DNA from: Callorhinchus milii
Lineage: Eukaryota
Length of the DNA stretch: 64,000 nt
Direction: 5' to 3'
Assembly (NCBI RefSeq): GCF_018977255.1
Contig: NW_024704743.1
Coordinates: 50,470,001 to 50,534,000, forward strand
The position numbers and the translations under genes are program-made. The stretch's first letter is position 1; each line of letters opens with the position of its first letter. This document shows positions 23,850 through 35,700 of the stretch, piece by piece. The notes beneath the pieces are model-generated. The model worked only from the letters and a program-made list of their open reading frames with translations, was not told the DNA's origin and did not search any database.

Positions 23850-25704
23850 TAGTGTTTTCTAATGAGGAATTTTCTGCAGTGAAAATCTTATGTTCACTTT
23901 ATCCAGCTGGAGTGCAGAGTGCTGAGTAAAGAGTGCGGCCAACAGGTGGCAACATCTCACTACTCCTGACAATCTACCACAATATTGTAGTTTCAAACCT
24001 CTGTGCAACAATAAACATAATCAGCTTTTTGGCTCAAATGGCTTGGACATGGTCATTTTGGAATTAAATGCTACAGTTTTAAAATATAAAATCTGTCCTA
24101 AATAGTAAGGGAAATCTGCAATTCTCTAATATAAAATCTGGTCTTGACAACATTGTATCTGTGCGGGGAATTCAGATGTTCACAAGTGGAAAGAGCCATA
24201 TTAACCATATTAGCTGTAGACTCCATTCCAATCAATCTGCTTCAAGTCGGTACAGCAGTATGTCAGCGTAACTCACATCTGTTTTCCAACAGGCTTCAAC
24301 ATTTACGAATCCTGTTACGAGTACCACTCTTTAACCTCTTTGTTAGACCGTTTCCTTTTTTGACAATATACAGAATTCTAGTGCCAACAGGTGACTCAGG
24401 CATTAACATTTACCCTGAAGGTACCAGAGTTCAATAACTGGTTTGACACATGGCTCCAGAATGTAAGCTGGCCCTCAATTTGCAACTTTACAACACAATA
24501 CAATTTACAATCCAACACAATTGACTTTTGTACAGTCCTTTCACTTCACATCAGGAGGACATCTCAAAGGACTTCACACAGATGGCTGTACCCCCATATT
24601 TCTTATGTTTAACATAGTGCCTGTAACCTGAAAAAAGGCAAAGCGCTTCACAGGTACAGTATTTTGCTATCAAAAGTAGTGACTGCATTTGTAGGCAAAC
24701 CTGTGACCTACATTAGTTTATTTTTATTATTATTATTTTGCTAAAAAGGAGGTGGTGATGATGGAGGTGGGGGTGTGGGAGGTGAGAGTTTATTGACCTT
24801 TATCACTGAAACACAGAGCAGTTCAGATGTCCATCATAACCCTGGGTATATCATACATTAACTCTGTACGAATGGGTCCTAGAACGTCTGTTCCTCCTGA
24901 CTGCAGCCCCATATCATCCCTGTCACCATGCACAGAAGCAAAACATAAACAAATCGTATTAAATGCAGTTCAAATAAGCTTTCATTTCATTATCTCAAAA
25001 GAAATGGATTTAAATCACAATTTTGGCAGTGTCTGCTCTTTTTGACAAGTCTAGTAATATTGCTTTCAGGAAAAAAGTGATTATGAGGGAAACAGCACTA
25101 AAATGGAGATTGTATGCAGAGTGAAGTCACTTCCTCCCACAAGCTTTCATGGAGAGTTGAGTGTTCGGCATATTGACAAGACAGGCAGATCTTATTGAGT
25201 ACATCTGGACCCATGTTAGATGTACTGCATGCTGTGGAGGAATCAAATTCATTCTACACATCAGGGGCCATTGCTGTTATTCCCCTTAAGGAAGTCGGTA
25301 ATTTTCCCATTAAGGATGATTGTAATTTTATACTTGCACCATCAAAACCACCCAGCAGCCATCCAGCTGCCAGGGGATACACCGGATAAAGCTATAATGT
25401 AACTTGCAGGTTTTTAATGTTTTGGGGGTCCATTTCTTAACTAATATAAAATGGTCCAAGGAACCACAAGACATATTTATTTATTCCCCACCCCACCCAA
25501 GTCTTATTATACAGTATGTTCCTCCCCCAACCAGCCACAAACCATATGGACACAAGTAAAACTGCAGGAGTTACCTGGTACCTTTGCTTTTGTTTGATCT
25601 GCCAGTGCCAGTTTCTATAACAAGATCTGTGACATTGGAACCTGAGCAGAATGTGCACGGAAGACTTGTTAAAATAAACCTGCCCACGTGCCACAGCCTT
25701 AAAA

Positions 25705-25992
25705 TAATAATAATCCTTGCATTTTTAAAAAGCGCCTTATCACGTCTTCAAGCCATCTCAAAGCGCTTCACAGAATATACTGTAAGGTGAATTGACTGTA
25801 TATTTTGTAGGCGAAATGCGGCAGCCAATTGCGCACAGTGACGTCCTACAAACAGTCATGGATTGAAATGACCAAGTTATTATTTCTTTTGAAGGAATTA
25901 TTACTCCCAGAAAAGTGATCCACCAATCGACTAACAACCGGGTTCCTACTTACTGCTAGGTAAACAGAGGCGTGTGGAGTAAGGGAACTTAC
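25705..25992 (-). mobile_element. Same SINE, long form, head missing
   Basis: Body and tail homology. Confidence 0.88.
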
Positions 25993-27362
25993 CATGTGCA
26001 CCACAGCCTTGCCAACTTGTACCACAAACATGATGACAGAGTTCTGGCAGGAGGGGAAGGGGAAGGATAGGATCTATCAATAAATGAAGATATGGACTGG
26101 CTGCACTTTAGTGTTCATTAACGTATCATACATTCATTAACATTTCACAGGTTACTTTTTTCAACCCAATAACGTGGAAAGGTTTTGACGCAAAGCTGAA
26201 TGACTGTAGACCTGAGTGATATCTTATCCACAGCATAAAACGATTGTTTAAAAATGAAAAGAACAATTCTACAAGTTCCACTCACATTGGTGAAGTGCAG
26301 CCTTAGCCAGTCGAGCTTGTTAGATACAATTGAAATGGGGCCAATTTTGTGTAGGTACGTGAGTTAAGCAGACTTTGAGAGTTGGTGTGAAATTACAATC
26401 TTGGCTCTAATGTTACACCAAAGACATTGTCACTTCTTGTGTTCAAAGCTGCTTTTAGATTTACAGTAATAGCAGACACTGATTTAACTGTGGGACAGGC
26501 AATAATAGTAATTTACGATATCAACTGAGGCCCCTTGACTGACTTGCTGTAATATTTAATTTTTTTTAAATCAGTTCTTGACTATATCTCTTGGTGGCAG
26601 GAAGAATATGGAAGTGTTGAGGGAGCATTGTGCCAGTGAGACAGAATGTCTCCCATTGCCCTGCTTTGACCCTGCTGCCTGCGCGTGTGCAGATTCAGCT
26701 GTGTGGGTATGTTGAAAGATGTCCTGAACCAGTTTCACATGGCGAGGCTGGAGATGCTGAGATGGGGGAGGGGGTGGTAGTGTGGAAGAGAATTTGTCTG
26801 GGAAACTAAAGAAGCCTTTGACAGTAACATATACTGACCTTCAGACGAAAGGGGAATCCAAGGCCTGGTCTGCTGTCACCTGACCATTACGAGCAGTCAC
26901 ATCAAAGTTCTTGGTCATCCATTTCTGAGTGGAGACTGAATACATTTTCATGGCCTGCTTTCATATTCAATGGTACAAATCGATATGCTACCCCTGCAAG
27001 GCAGTCCCCAACAGACTGGCTCCAGCGCATGTCACTGGCAGGTCACACACATTACATTTATGTTTAAAATCTTATGTTTACTGATCTTAAGTCCACAAAT
27101 GTGAACCTCCCTCACCTCCGTGGATTTAAGATGTTCCAATGTAAGATTGTGTAGAATCTTGGAATATTCTTCAGTTCAGTCTTAATTATTGAGAGTCTAG
27201 TTATCTGCAGGTCTTAGAAAGAACAATTTTTTTCAAATTAAGTCTGATTTAGAACATATTCCATAAATCTTCTTAAACACATTCTTCCTGCGTGCGCAGA
27301 CAATGAATATTGGAAGGCTGTTTGCCTGTAGAGGGTTTGACAACTGACCTGATACCGTTGGT

Positions 27363-27717
27363 GGAATCCTGTAGCGTATTGGTTAGAGCACTCGCTTTGC
27401 AAGCGAGAGGACTCTGGTTTGATTCCCGGGCAGGGCGAAATGTTAGGCAAGTTTTCTTATTTCACAAACCTGTTTATCTAGCAGTAAGTAGGAACTCGGT
27501 TGGCGGATCACTTTTTGGGGAATATTAATCCCTTTTTTAAAAAAAAGCCACTCAATCCATGACTGTTCGTGGGATGCTGCTGTGTGCAATTGGCTGTCAC
27601 GTTTCACCCACAAATATACAGTCAATTCACTTTACAGTGTGTTCTGTGAAGCGCTTTGGGACGTCCTCCCGACGTGAAAAGCGCTATATCAAATGCAAGG
27701 ATTATTATTATTATTAT
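27363..27717 (+). mobile_element. Same SINE, long form, tail-to-tail with L2
   Basis: Head, core, GGGACGTCCTCCCGACGTG tail, (TTA)n abutting the L2 3' end. Confidence 0.9.
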
Positions 27718-29038
27718 TTATAGAGCGCCTTTCACGTCAGGAGGACGTCCCAAGGCGCTGCACAGTTGGGTCATGACCCGAGCAGGGGGGAAATGGTCAG
27801 GGTGAGGGGAGGGAAGGGAGGGAGAGAGGAGGGGGGAAAATTGGTCAGGGTGAGGGGAGGGAAGGGAGGGAGCGAGGAGGAGGAAGAGAGTCGAGAGGGG
27901 AGCTGAAGGCACGGTCAAAGAGAAAGGTTTTGAGACCGGCCTTGAAGGAGGAAAGGGAGGAAGCAAGGCGAAGGCACTGGGGGATGGAGTTCCAGAGCCT
28001 CGGGGCTGAGAGGCTGAAGGCCCGACCACCGATAGTAGGGCGGTTGGGGCGGGGGACGTGGAGCAGACCGGAGCCAGAGGAACGGAGGGTACGGGCAGGT
28101 AGGTAGGGGGATAGTAGGTTGGAGAGGTAGGAGGGAGCAAGGCCGTGAATGGCCTTGTAGGTGAGGATGAGGATCTTGAAATCAATCCTCTGGGGGATGG
28201 GGAGCCAGTGGAGGCGAGCGAGGGTGGGAGTGATGTGGTCCCGAAGCCTGGTGCGGGACAGTACACGAGCTGCAGAGTTCTGAATGACCTGCAGCTTGTG
28301 GAGGGAGGTGCGGGAAGGCCGGCGAGGAGAGAGTTCCCATAGTCCAGCCTTGAGGTGACAAAGGCGTGAACCAGGGTTTCAGCAGCGTGAGGGGTGAGGT
28401 AGTGCCGTAATCTGGCGATATTCCGGAGGTGATGGAAGGCGGTGCCAGTTGTGGTGCGGATGTGAGGGAGAAAGGACAGCTCAGGGTCGAACAAAACGCC
28501 GAGGTTCCTGACTGGCTTTGAGAGGTGGAGAGTGCAGCCTTGGATGCTGATGGTGTCAGCGCCTGAGGTGCGGAGGCGCTGACGTGAGCCAATCAGGAGG
28601 GCCTCGGTTTTTCGCACGTTGAGCTGAAGAAAGTTGTCTCTCGTCCAGGACTCGATGTCGGACAGGCAGGCTGTCAGGACATCGGTGGTCGTGGAGTTGA
28701 GAGTAGAGGAGGAAAGGTAGAGTTGGGTGTCATCCGCATACATGTGGAAGTTAACCCCATGTTTGCGGATGATGTCACCGAGGGGGAGCATATAGAGGGT
28801 GAAGAGGAGGGGACCGAGGACAGAGCCCTGAGGGACACCACATGAGACAGTACGGGGGGTGGAGGAGAAGCCATTCGTTGAGACGAAGTGAAGACGGTGG
28901 GAAAGGTAAGAGCTAAACCATTCAAGGACAGTGCCTTGAAGGTTGAGGTGGGAGGACAAGCGGTAGAGTAGGATAGCGTGGTCGACCGTATCGAATGCTG
29001 CCGATAGGTCGAGGAGGACGAGGAGACAGAGGGAGCCC
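27716..29038 (-). mobile_element. Young 5'-truncated L2-clade LINE, same family as 22269-23458
   Basis: ORF 27718..28959 with [28 protein letters not shown]. One frameshift near 28311 and a short tandem duplication in the 3' UTR. Confidence 0.93.
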
Positions 29039-32000
29039 TATAAGGCACTATATCAAATTCAAGGTTTATTATTATTATTATTATCTACTTGATTTTAATT
29101 TCAACAAAAATTGTCTTCAGCTTCTTATAACCATCAGATATTTCAAGGTCTTTGAATATTAGTAATAAAAATGAAAGAACAAAGGAACTGGAGTGGATGA
29201 GACGCCCAGTGAGGGTTGAGACAGTGCTTGTTGAGTGCGAGGGAGTGAGGGAGGGAGGGAGAGAGGGAGGAAGGGTGGAGGGGGGGTGGCAGGAGGCACG
29301 GAGGGGAGATGCGCCTGGTTGTGTTAGTTGAAGTCTGGAATGTTTTTCTTAGAGCAGACCCTAAAGATTTGAGACCTGGAGCCTGCAAGAGAGGTTGAGG
29401 GAAGCCAGTCATTGTCCAGGAGCATTTTGAAGAACATATGCATTGGGAAGCAAGCCATCTTTAGTGAAACAATCTTTAGTGAAGCCATCAAGTTAAAACC
29501 TTGCTTGTGTTTTTCTTACAGTTCTGACCACTCAGAAAGTAAAGGCATGCAGGATTCGATATTCACAAATTACTCTATTTTCAAATCTTGTTAAGAATAT
29601 CGCAACTTAATAATATTAGAAAAACTAGCATCTGATTTCAGAGTTTTGCATATGCACCATAATCTTGATCATTGCGTTTGTCCATCTAATTTTATGCCTT
29701 AATTGCAAAATAATTGCTATGCATTTCACACCAGAATAAGTCGCTGGAATAATTCTCTAGTTGTACAGCCCTGTTTCACAGATTGATGGCTGTGATGAGT
29801 GGATGCTGATGTCAGTGGTAAGTCTACAGCTTGTCAAAATATGAACTTTTCCCTTGGCGACAGAAATCTCAAGATTAAATATTATTGTGTGCTTTGACTC
29901 CCTGTGACTACAAGGTGATCAATTGCTTTCATGGAATCCGAGGAATCAAAGCCTGAAAGATGCCATTAGGGCCATCAAATTTACACAGGTGCTAGCTCCT
30001 CGGCTGGAGTCTAATCCAACTTCCCTGCTCCTGATCCCAGCTCTTTAATATCGGGTCATAAATGTGACATGTGCCGATGAACATCACTGGTGATTAATAA
30101 ATAAATCTACGACTGTTTGTGGGGCACTGCTGTGCACAATTGGCTGCCACATTTTGCTCACAAAATATACAGTCAATTCACTTGACACCGTATTCTGCAA
30201 AGCGCTTTGAGACGTCTCAAAGACGTGATAAGACGCTATATCAAATGCAAGGATTATTATTGTTATTAATACAGCAGAGGTCACGATTTTCACCCCATGC
30301 CACTGCCAAAACTTACTAACTGGTGGTCACATCTCTGAAAAAATGCTATCATATGGAGAATAGTGTTCATTTCAGTTATGCTTTAGCTCCTGGTGACTAC
30401 TGACAGGAAAGTTATGCCCCTTGAGCCTTGCATAGATTTTATACACAGTATATCACATTCCCACATCTGAGAAACCAGGCCACTTTTCAGTTCCCAAGGT
30501 ATGGAAACAGCAGAATTCCAAGGGCAAAGATGAATTGAACGTATAATACAGCATATTGGTTTTCTTATCACACGTTTTCATGCTTCATTTGATTTAATTT
30601 GCCCTTATATGTGGAGAAATGGTGCAATTCATTGAACTGCTTGAAAATACATGAATCAAGGTTGATAAAGATTTAAATGAGGAGCAGATCAATTGCAGTT
30701 TTTTGCAATTTATTAACCTACGGCCTTCACCAGACTACTATTTCAAACATGAAAAACAAGTTACAGTTGTTCAAACGTAAACATTTTTATGACTCGTAAA
30801 GCCTTAACTGACTGCTCTGTGGCCTGCTTAAACCCCTTCACTGCTTGTTCTAAAGAAACTCTCAATGTTCTGATCCATGCTGGTTCTGCTGATACTTAGC
30901 TGTTTTGGCCATTATTTTCCTGTTAATTATTGGCACGGTCGGTTATAATTGTTTGTTGAATTGTATCTATTTGACGTTCCCGTCACTCACAAGATGACAC
31001 TCAATCCTGCAACTGAGGTTTATAATAATAATCCCGACATTTGGTAGAGTGCCTTTCAGCCATGCTGTTTATGGCATGATACTCCAAGTTGAGGATGGAA
31101 GCATCATTTTTCATGAAGATGCATCTAGCAATAGAATCTCCCCTTTGATCCCACATGACCTGTGTTGATGGCACGATTGGCACTTTTGTCACCATCCTGG
31201 CCCCAAGAAGTGACGTTCATCACAACAACAATAATAACAACAACAAATTGCATTTATATAGCACCTTTCATGTGAGGAAGATATCCCAAGGCACTGGACA
31301 GTCAAGGGTTTGCACCCGTGCTGGGCTCAGTGACACTTCAAACTAATTTTCAATTCTTAATGCGTTAGAGCTGAAATTTCACCCACAATTTGGTCTTAAA
31401 ACATAAGATCATGAAGAGATATGTAAGAACTTTTTGCCAAGTTCTTTGTAGGAGGCTTAAAAATTACAAATTTAAGAATATCCCCAATTCTGCACAATCT
31501 TAAATTTTAAACCAAAATGGTCCAATAGGCTAAAGCCTTGATGGAATTTCAATCCTATTGCTACTTATGTGAAATAAGGACTAATGGTCTGATTTTTCTC
31601 TGGGTACAATAAAATGCATGTTCTTGCTCTTGCAATTGTAACAGTACTGAAGAGTTCAGTAGGATTTTGTATTGATGGCTGAAAGTAACTGAAGTTTCCC
31701 CTTACAGGACAAAAATGAGATGGCCCACAGTCTATTACAGGCTCACTGAATAGCAGAGCTAAAAGTCTGACGCTAGACAGTTGAAACTCTTGTTTGTATC
31801 TGTCATTGTGAATGGTTTTGATCTCACTTAAACACAAAGCACCAAATCCTCTGGTTGAATAGGTTTCCGCTAAGGCGAATGAGTATGGGAATAGGGTAGG
31901 TAAATGAAACAGAAGGCATTGCTCTTTAAAAAAGCCAGCAGAGACATACTGGGTGAATGGCCTTCTTCTGAGCTGTAAATTTCTATGGTTCTGTGGCAAA

Positions 32001-32513
32001 GCTATATAATACTTACACTCATGGCTCTTTATTTTCTCCTAATGTTCCAAAGTATTTCAGAGCAATTTATTTCAATATCACATGCTAGCCAGTAAAAGAC
32101 CTTGAAAAAGAACTTTACATTTACTTAAACAGATTGTTTTAATAGAGTTGTTGTAATCCAGTCATACATCAGTGCTTAAATACAATTTAATAAAGTTGGT
32201 GATTTATATCCATATCCTGTTTCCTTTGAACGCAAGAAAAACTACTGCTTGTTCTCTTCGCATGGCATCTGGTTTTAAGTAAAACAACAAAATTAATTTA
32301 ACTCTTTTAGAGCTTGGGTTGCTAGGCATCTTTTTACATTAAAGTTTGCATGTTGCATCGATCGTTGATATGAGATTAGGAAAATGAGGATTTCTTTGGG
32401 TCTTTTACATTGAATTCATCTCCCTGACAGACTGATGAGCTGAGGAAAGGACACATTCCACAGTTGAATAGATTTCTTATTATTCCCTATGAAATCTCAA
32501 ATCAGACTCCAAA

Positions 32514-32727
32514 GACCTGAATTTTCTCATGTTCTTAGTCTGAAAACCTTTGATTCAAAAATGTAAGATTGTGCAAAAACTGTAAATTTGCCTGAACCAG
32601 GAAGCTGATTTTTCTGAGTTGTCTTTTGTTCCTGTAGGAAATTGACTTCCAAATGAAAAACGATTTTACGCAATTATAAATCTTAAGATAATGGTGTTAA
32701 GGCTAAGATCATGAGAAATTTCAGGCC
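32514..32727. mobile_element. MITE-like foldback element, family A (related copies ~6535-6730, 27130-27260, 31367-31555, 33292-33370, 35120-35255, 36116-36347, 41170-41370, 43163-43391, 45385-45470, 63920-64000)
   Basis: Left GACCTGAATTTTCTCATGTTCTTAGTCTGAA versus reverse complement of right end GGCCTGAAATTTCTCATGATCTTAGCCTTAA. Shared internal AAGATTGTGCAGAA motif. Confidence 0.75.
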
Positions 32728-35700
32728 TTAGTTCAGCCTTACAATGAGCTGCAACTAGTTTTTGCAGGTCAGGGTAGCTCCTGGCCCTAATCTCAAGAAC
32801 AGATTTTCTTCCAGGTTTTCCTTTATTCTGCTTTACAAACAATATGTAAGGCATTACTCATTTTGTTAGGTTGATTGAAATGCTCGATGCACTTTCTGCT
32901 CAGTACATTTGAATCTATACAGTGTAAGGTGCTGTTACTTTCCGAATAAATTGGGTGATGAAATACGATGGCAAGCAGAGGCTTGATATTCATCTGTTTA
33001 GGCTTGGGAGCTGGTATTCAAACATTCACCAACAAAAAAACATAGTCAATACACTTTGCAGTATACTCTGTGAAGTGCTTGAGAACATTCTCCTGATGTG
33101 AAAGGTGCTGTATCAAATGTAAGAATTATTATTAATATTAGACGTTGGGAAAATGTCTGAAAGCGCTTGACAAAGCTCCAGGGGCACCTATGCTGAGGTG
33201 GAACCAAGGTGGGCGGAAGGAGAAAGAAGTTCTAAAAAAGGTATGTTCTGAAACTTGCCTTCAATTGGGCTCACTGTGTCAGACAGTCTAAAGCCTGACG
33301 TTTCTCATGGTCTTGGCCTGACGACCGTTATATTAAAACTTAAAATTGTGCAGAATTTTTATTTTGGAAGGTAATCTTCTTGAGTGGGCTGGAGGAAAGG
33401 GTTTGAATGGCACTTAGAATAAAGGTCAGAGGAAGCTAGAGGGGCTCTGGTCTGCTTGTTCCCAGTTTATTTTATTTGTATAGATTTAGGGAGAGGATGG
33501 GATTGAGTATACTTTCGCCCCTTTTTTATTTTTGTTATCGCCTTTCATCGTCTGTCTAGCCCACAGCTGTGAGTGTTGGCGTAGAGCTTATGTCCAGGCT
33601 ACTCTCTCTCTCTTTCTTTCTCTCTCTCTCTCTCTCTCTGCAGCCAGACACCAATCGATGCCAAGGATTTCCCAGACATAACCTCTCCTCTGAGCTTCTC
33701 TCCATCCTGCGGGGAGATGCTGGGTCCTCTGCTTGGTCCCTCCATCATGCGGCTCAGATCAGGACTCAGCCGAGCTCGTCTCAGTGTATCCCTGTTTGTT
33801 GCTAGTTCCCAGCTTTGTATCTTTACATTATCTCTTGATTTCCTTGTCTGTATGTCTTAGCTGTTTAGAGATTCTGTTGATTGGGATACAATCGAGAGAC
33901 ACAATTTTTAAAAAATCAATCAAAAAATAGCTTCAAGTTCAGACACAATTTTTTAAAATTGAAAGCGGGGTTTAAAGTTGATCATCACTGATTGTGCCTC
34001 TGTTCCCTTCCCCAGTTTAATCAGCCTTGGAAATTTCATACATCCCTGTGGCTGGGGAAGACTAGCACAAACAGTCTCATTTTACTCAAAAGTTTTGTGA
34101 CCCTGCTTTGAATCTGTAAGCATTATGCATTCCCTTTTCTAACAAATCACTAGTCTTAAGTGGGAATGAGGATTTCCAGTTAACACTAGTGATTTATTTA
34201 AACAAAGGAGGTATTTTCTGGGATTACAGTCATAGGGGATGCTGTCCCTCAGTTAAACACCCAGGTCTGTTGCTGAACTCATGGTAAAGAAGATTATCAC
34301 GCTCTCAACCTTTTGAATTCCAGCTCGCAAAACGTCCAGGAAAGCTGGATGAGAAATTGTTTATTCTTGTCAATTTCTTCTCAAGGGAAACGTTGTGAGA
34401 GGTGACAAATACTGGGCCCAATTCTGGTAAACTTTTGTTGTGTGGTCAACTCCCCTAAAGAGGAAACTAGAGTTAAGGAAGCAATAATCGGCAACTCCAC
34501 ATTCCAAATTGCTAATTTCTCGAGAAGTCAAATGGTTCTTGCAAATAAAGAGGGAGAGGAGCAGAATTCTCTGTGCAACATTAAGAACTCATATTTTTCT
34601 AGTGCCTCATGTCACTGGAAGTGTCTCAAAATGGTTTACAGTAATTATTTTTTGCGTGCACTGACTGTATTTGTAAGCAAACGCTACTGTCATTTTACAC
34701 ACAGCAAGGTTCCACAAACCACCATGGTGAACGAGCTTCTTGATCTGTAGGATTGTTGATCAGGACACTGGGTAAAACTCTCCTCTTTTTGAACAGTGTC
34801 ATGAGATTATTGTACCTCCAGCAAAGAATAATGCAACAACTTTCACTATCCTCAATGTTCTCCTTGTCCATAGTAACCCAATAGTTGAGATCTTTCAATA
34901 GACCTACACATCCATAGGATACATTCTTGTGAGACTCAGCACAGAATAATGCTGTAGATGGCTCTCATTATCTCACTTTACAATGTTTTTCAGATTTTGA
35001 TCAACTCTCAGAAGTCAACCATTTTTTCCGCGCTTCCCATGGCCTTACCATATTAGAAGTCGGGTGCTTTGTAGCAACAGTCAAATAAAGTTAATTGTGT
35101 AAAACTGTGAGTACCTTTACTCTGAAATTCCAATTCCACACTCTTAGCCTGAGAGATCATTTTGTCAGAATTTATAATAATAATAATTTAAGACTGTTTC
35201 CCCAAATTCTGCACAATCCTAAATATAAAGACAATGGTCTTAAAGTTAAGGCACCCATATGAACCTTTGGGTCTGTGTTGTATAGACATATAGAAACCAG
35301 TAGATGGCATTGTCTCATTAACTCTCTGGACATGTAACCACACATGGGACTTGCTTTTAGACCAGTTCACAGGGAGTAGACTCCAATTGTACATGAATTC
35401 CACAGATGTAACAAATTGCTTTGTATATTTTATTACAGTTGTTATGACAGTTTGCTAATTCACTGGGTTACCACCACATTTTATGTTTTTTTCTAACTTA
35501 AACATTAAAGAAAAAAAGTATTGAACCTTTTACCATACAAACCAAATGTCTTCAGACAAAGAAAAATCAAATCCAGTTCAGTAAAATTAACTACTTCCCA
35601 AAACGGAATCACAGTTAATAATTTATGCTCTCATTAGACTTTGGATTTCTTTGGAACTTGCTATGTCTGAAGTGGATTAGCTTACTGTCTGCCTATTACT

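Noticed and set aside
33644..33860. Possible plus-strand exon after a (CT)n CAG acceptor
   Set aside because: No clear donor, no partner exons and no recognisable protein in any frame.
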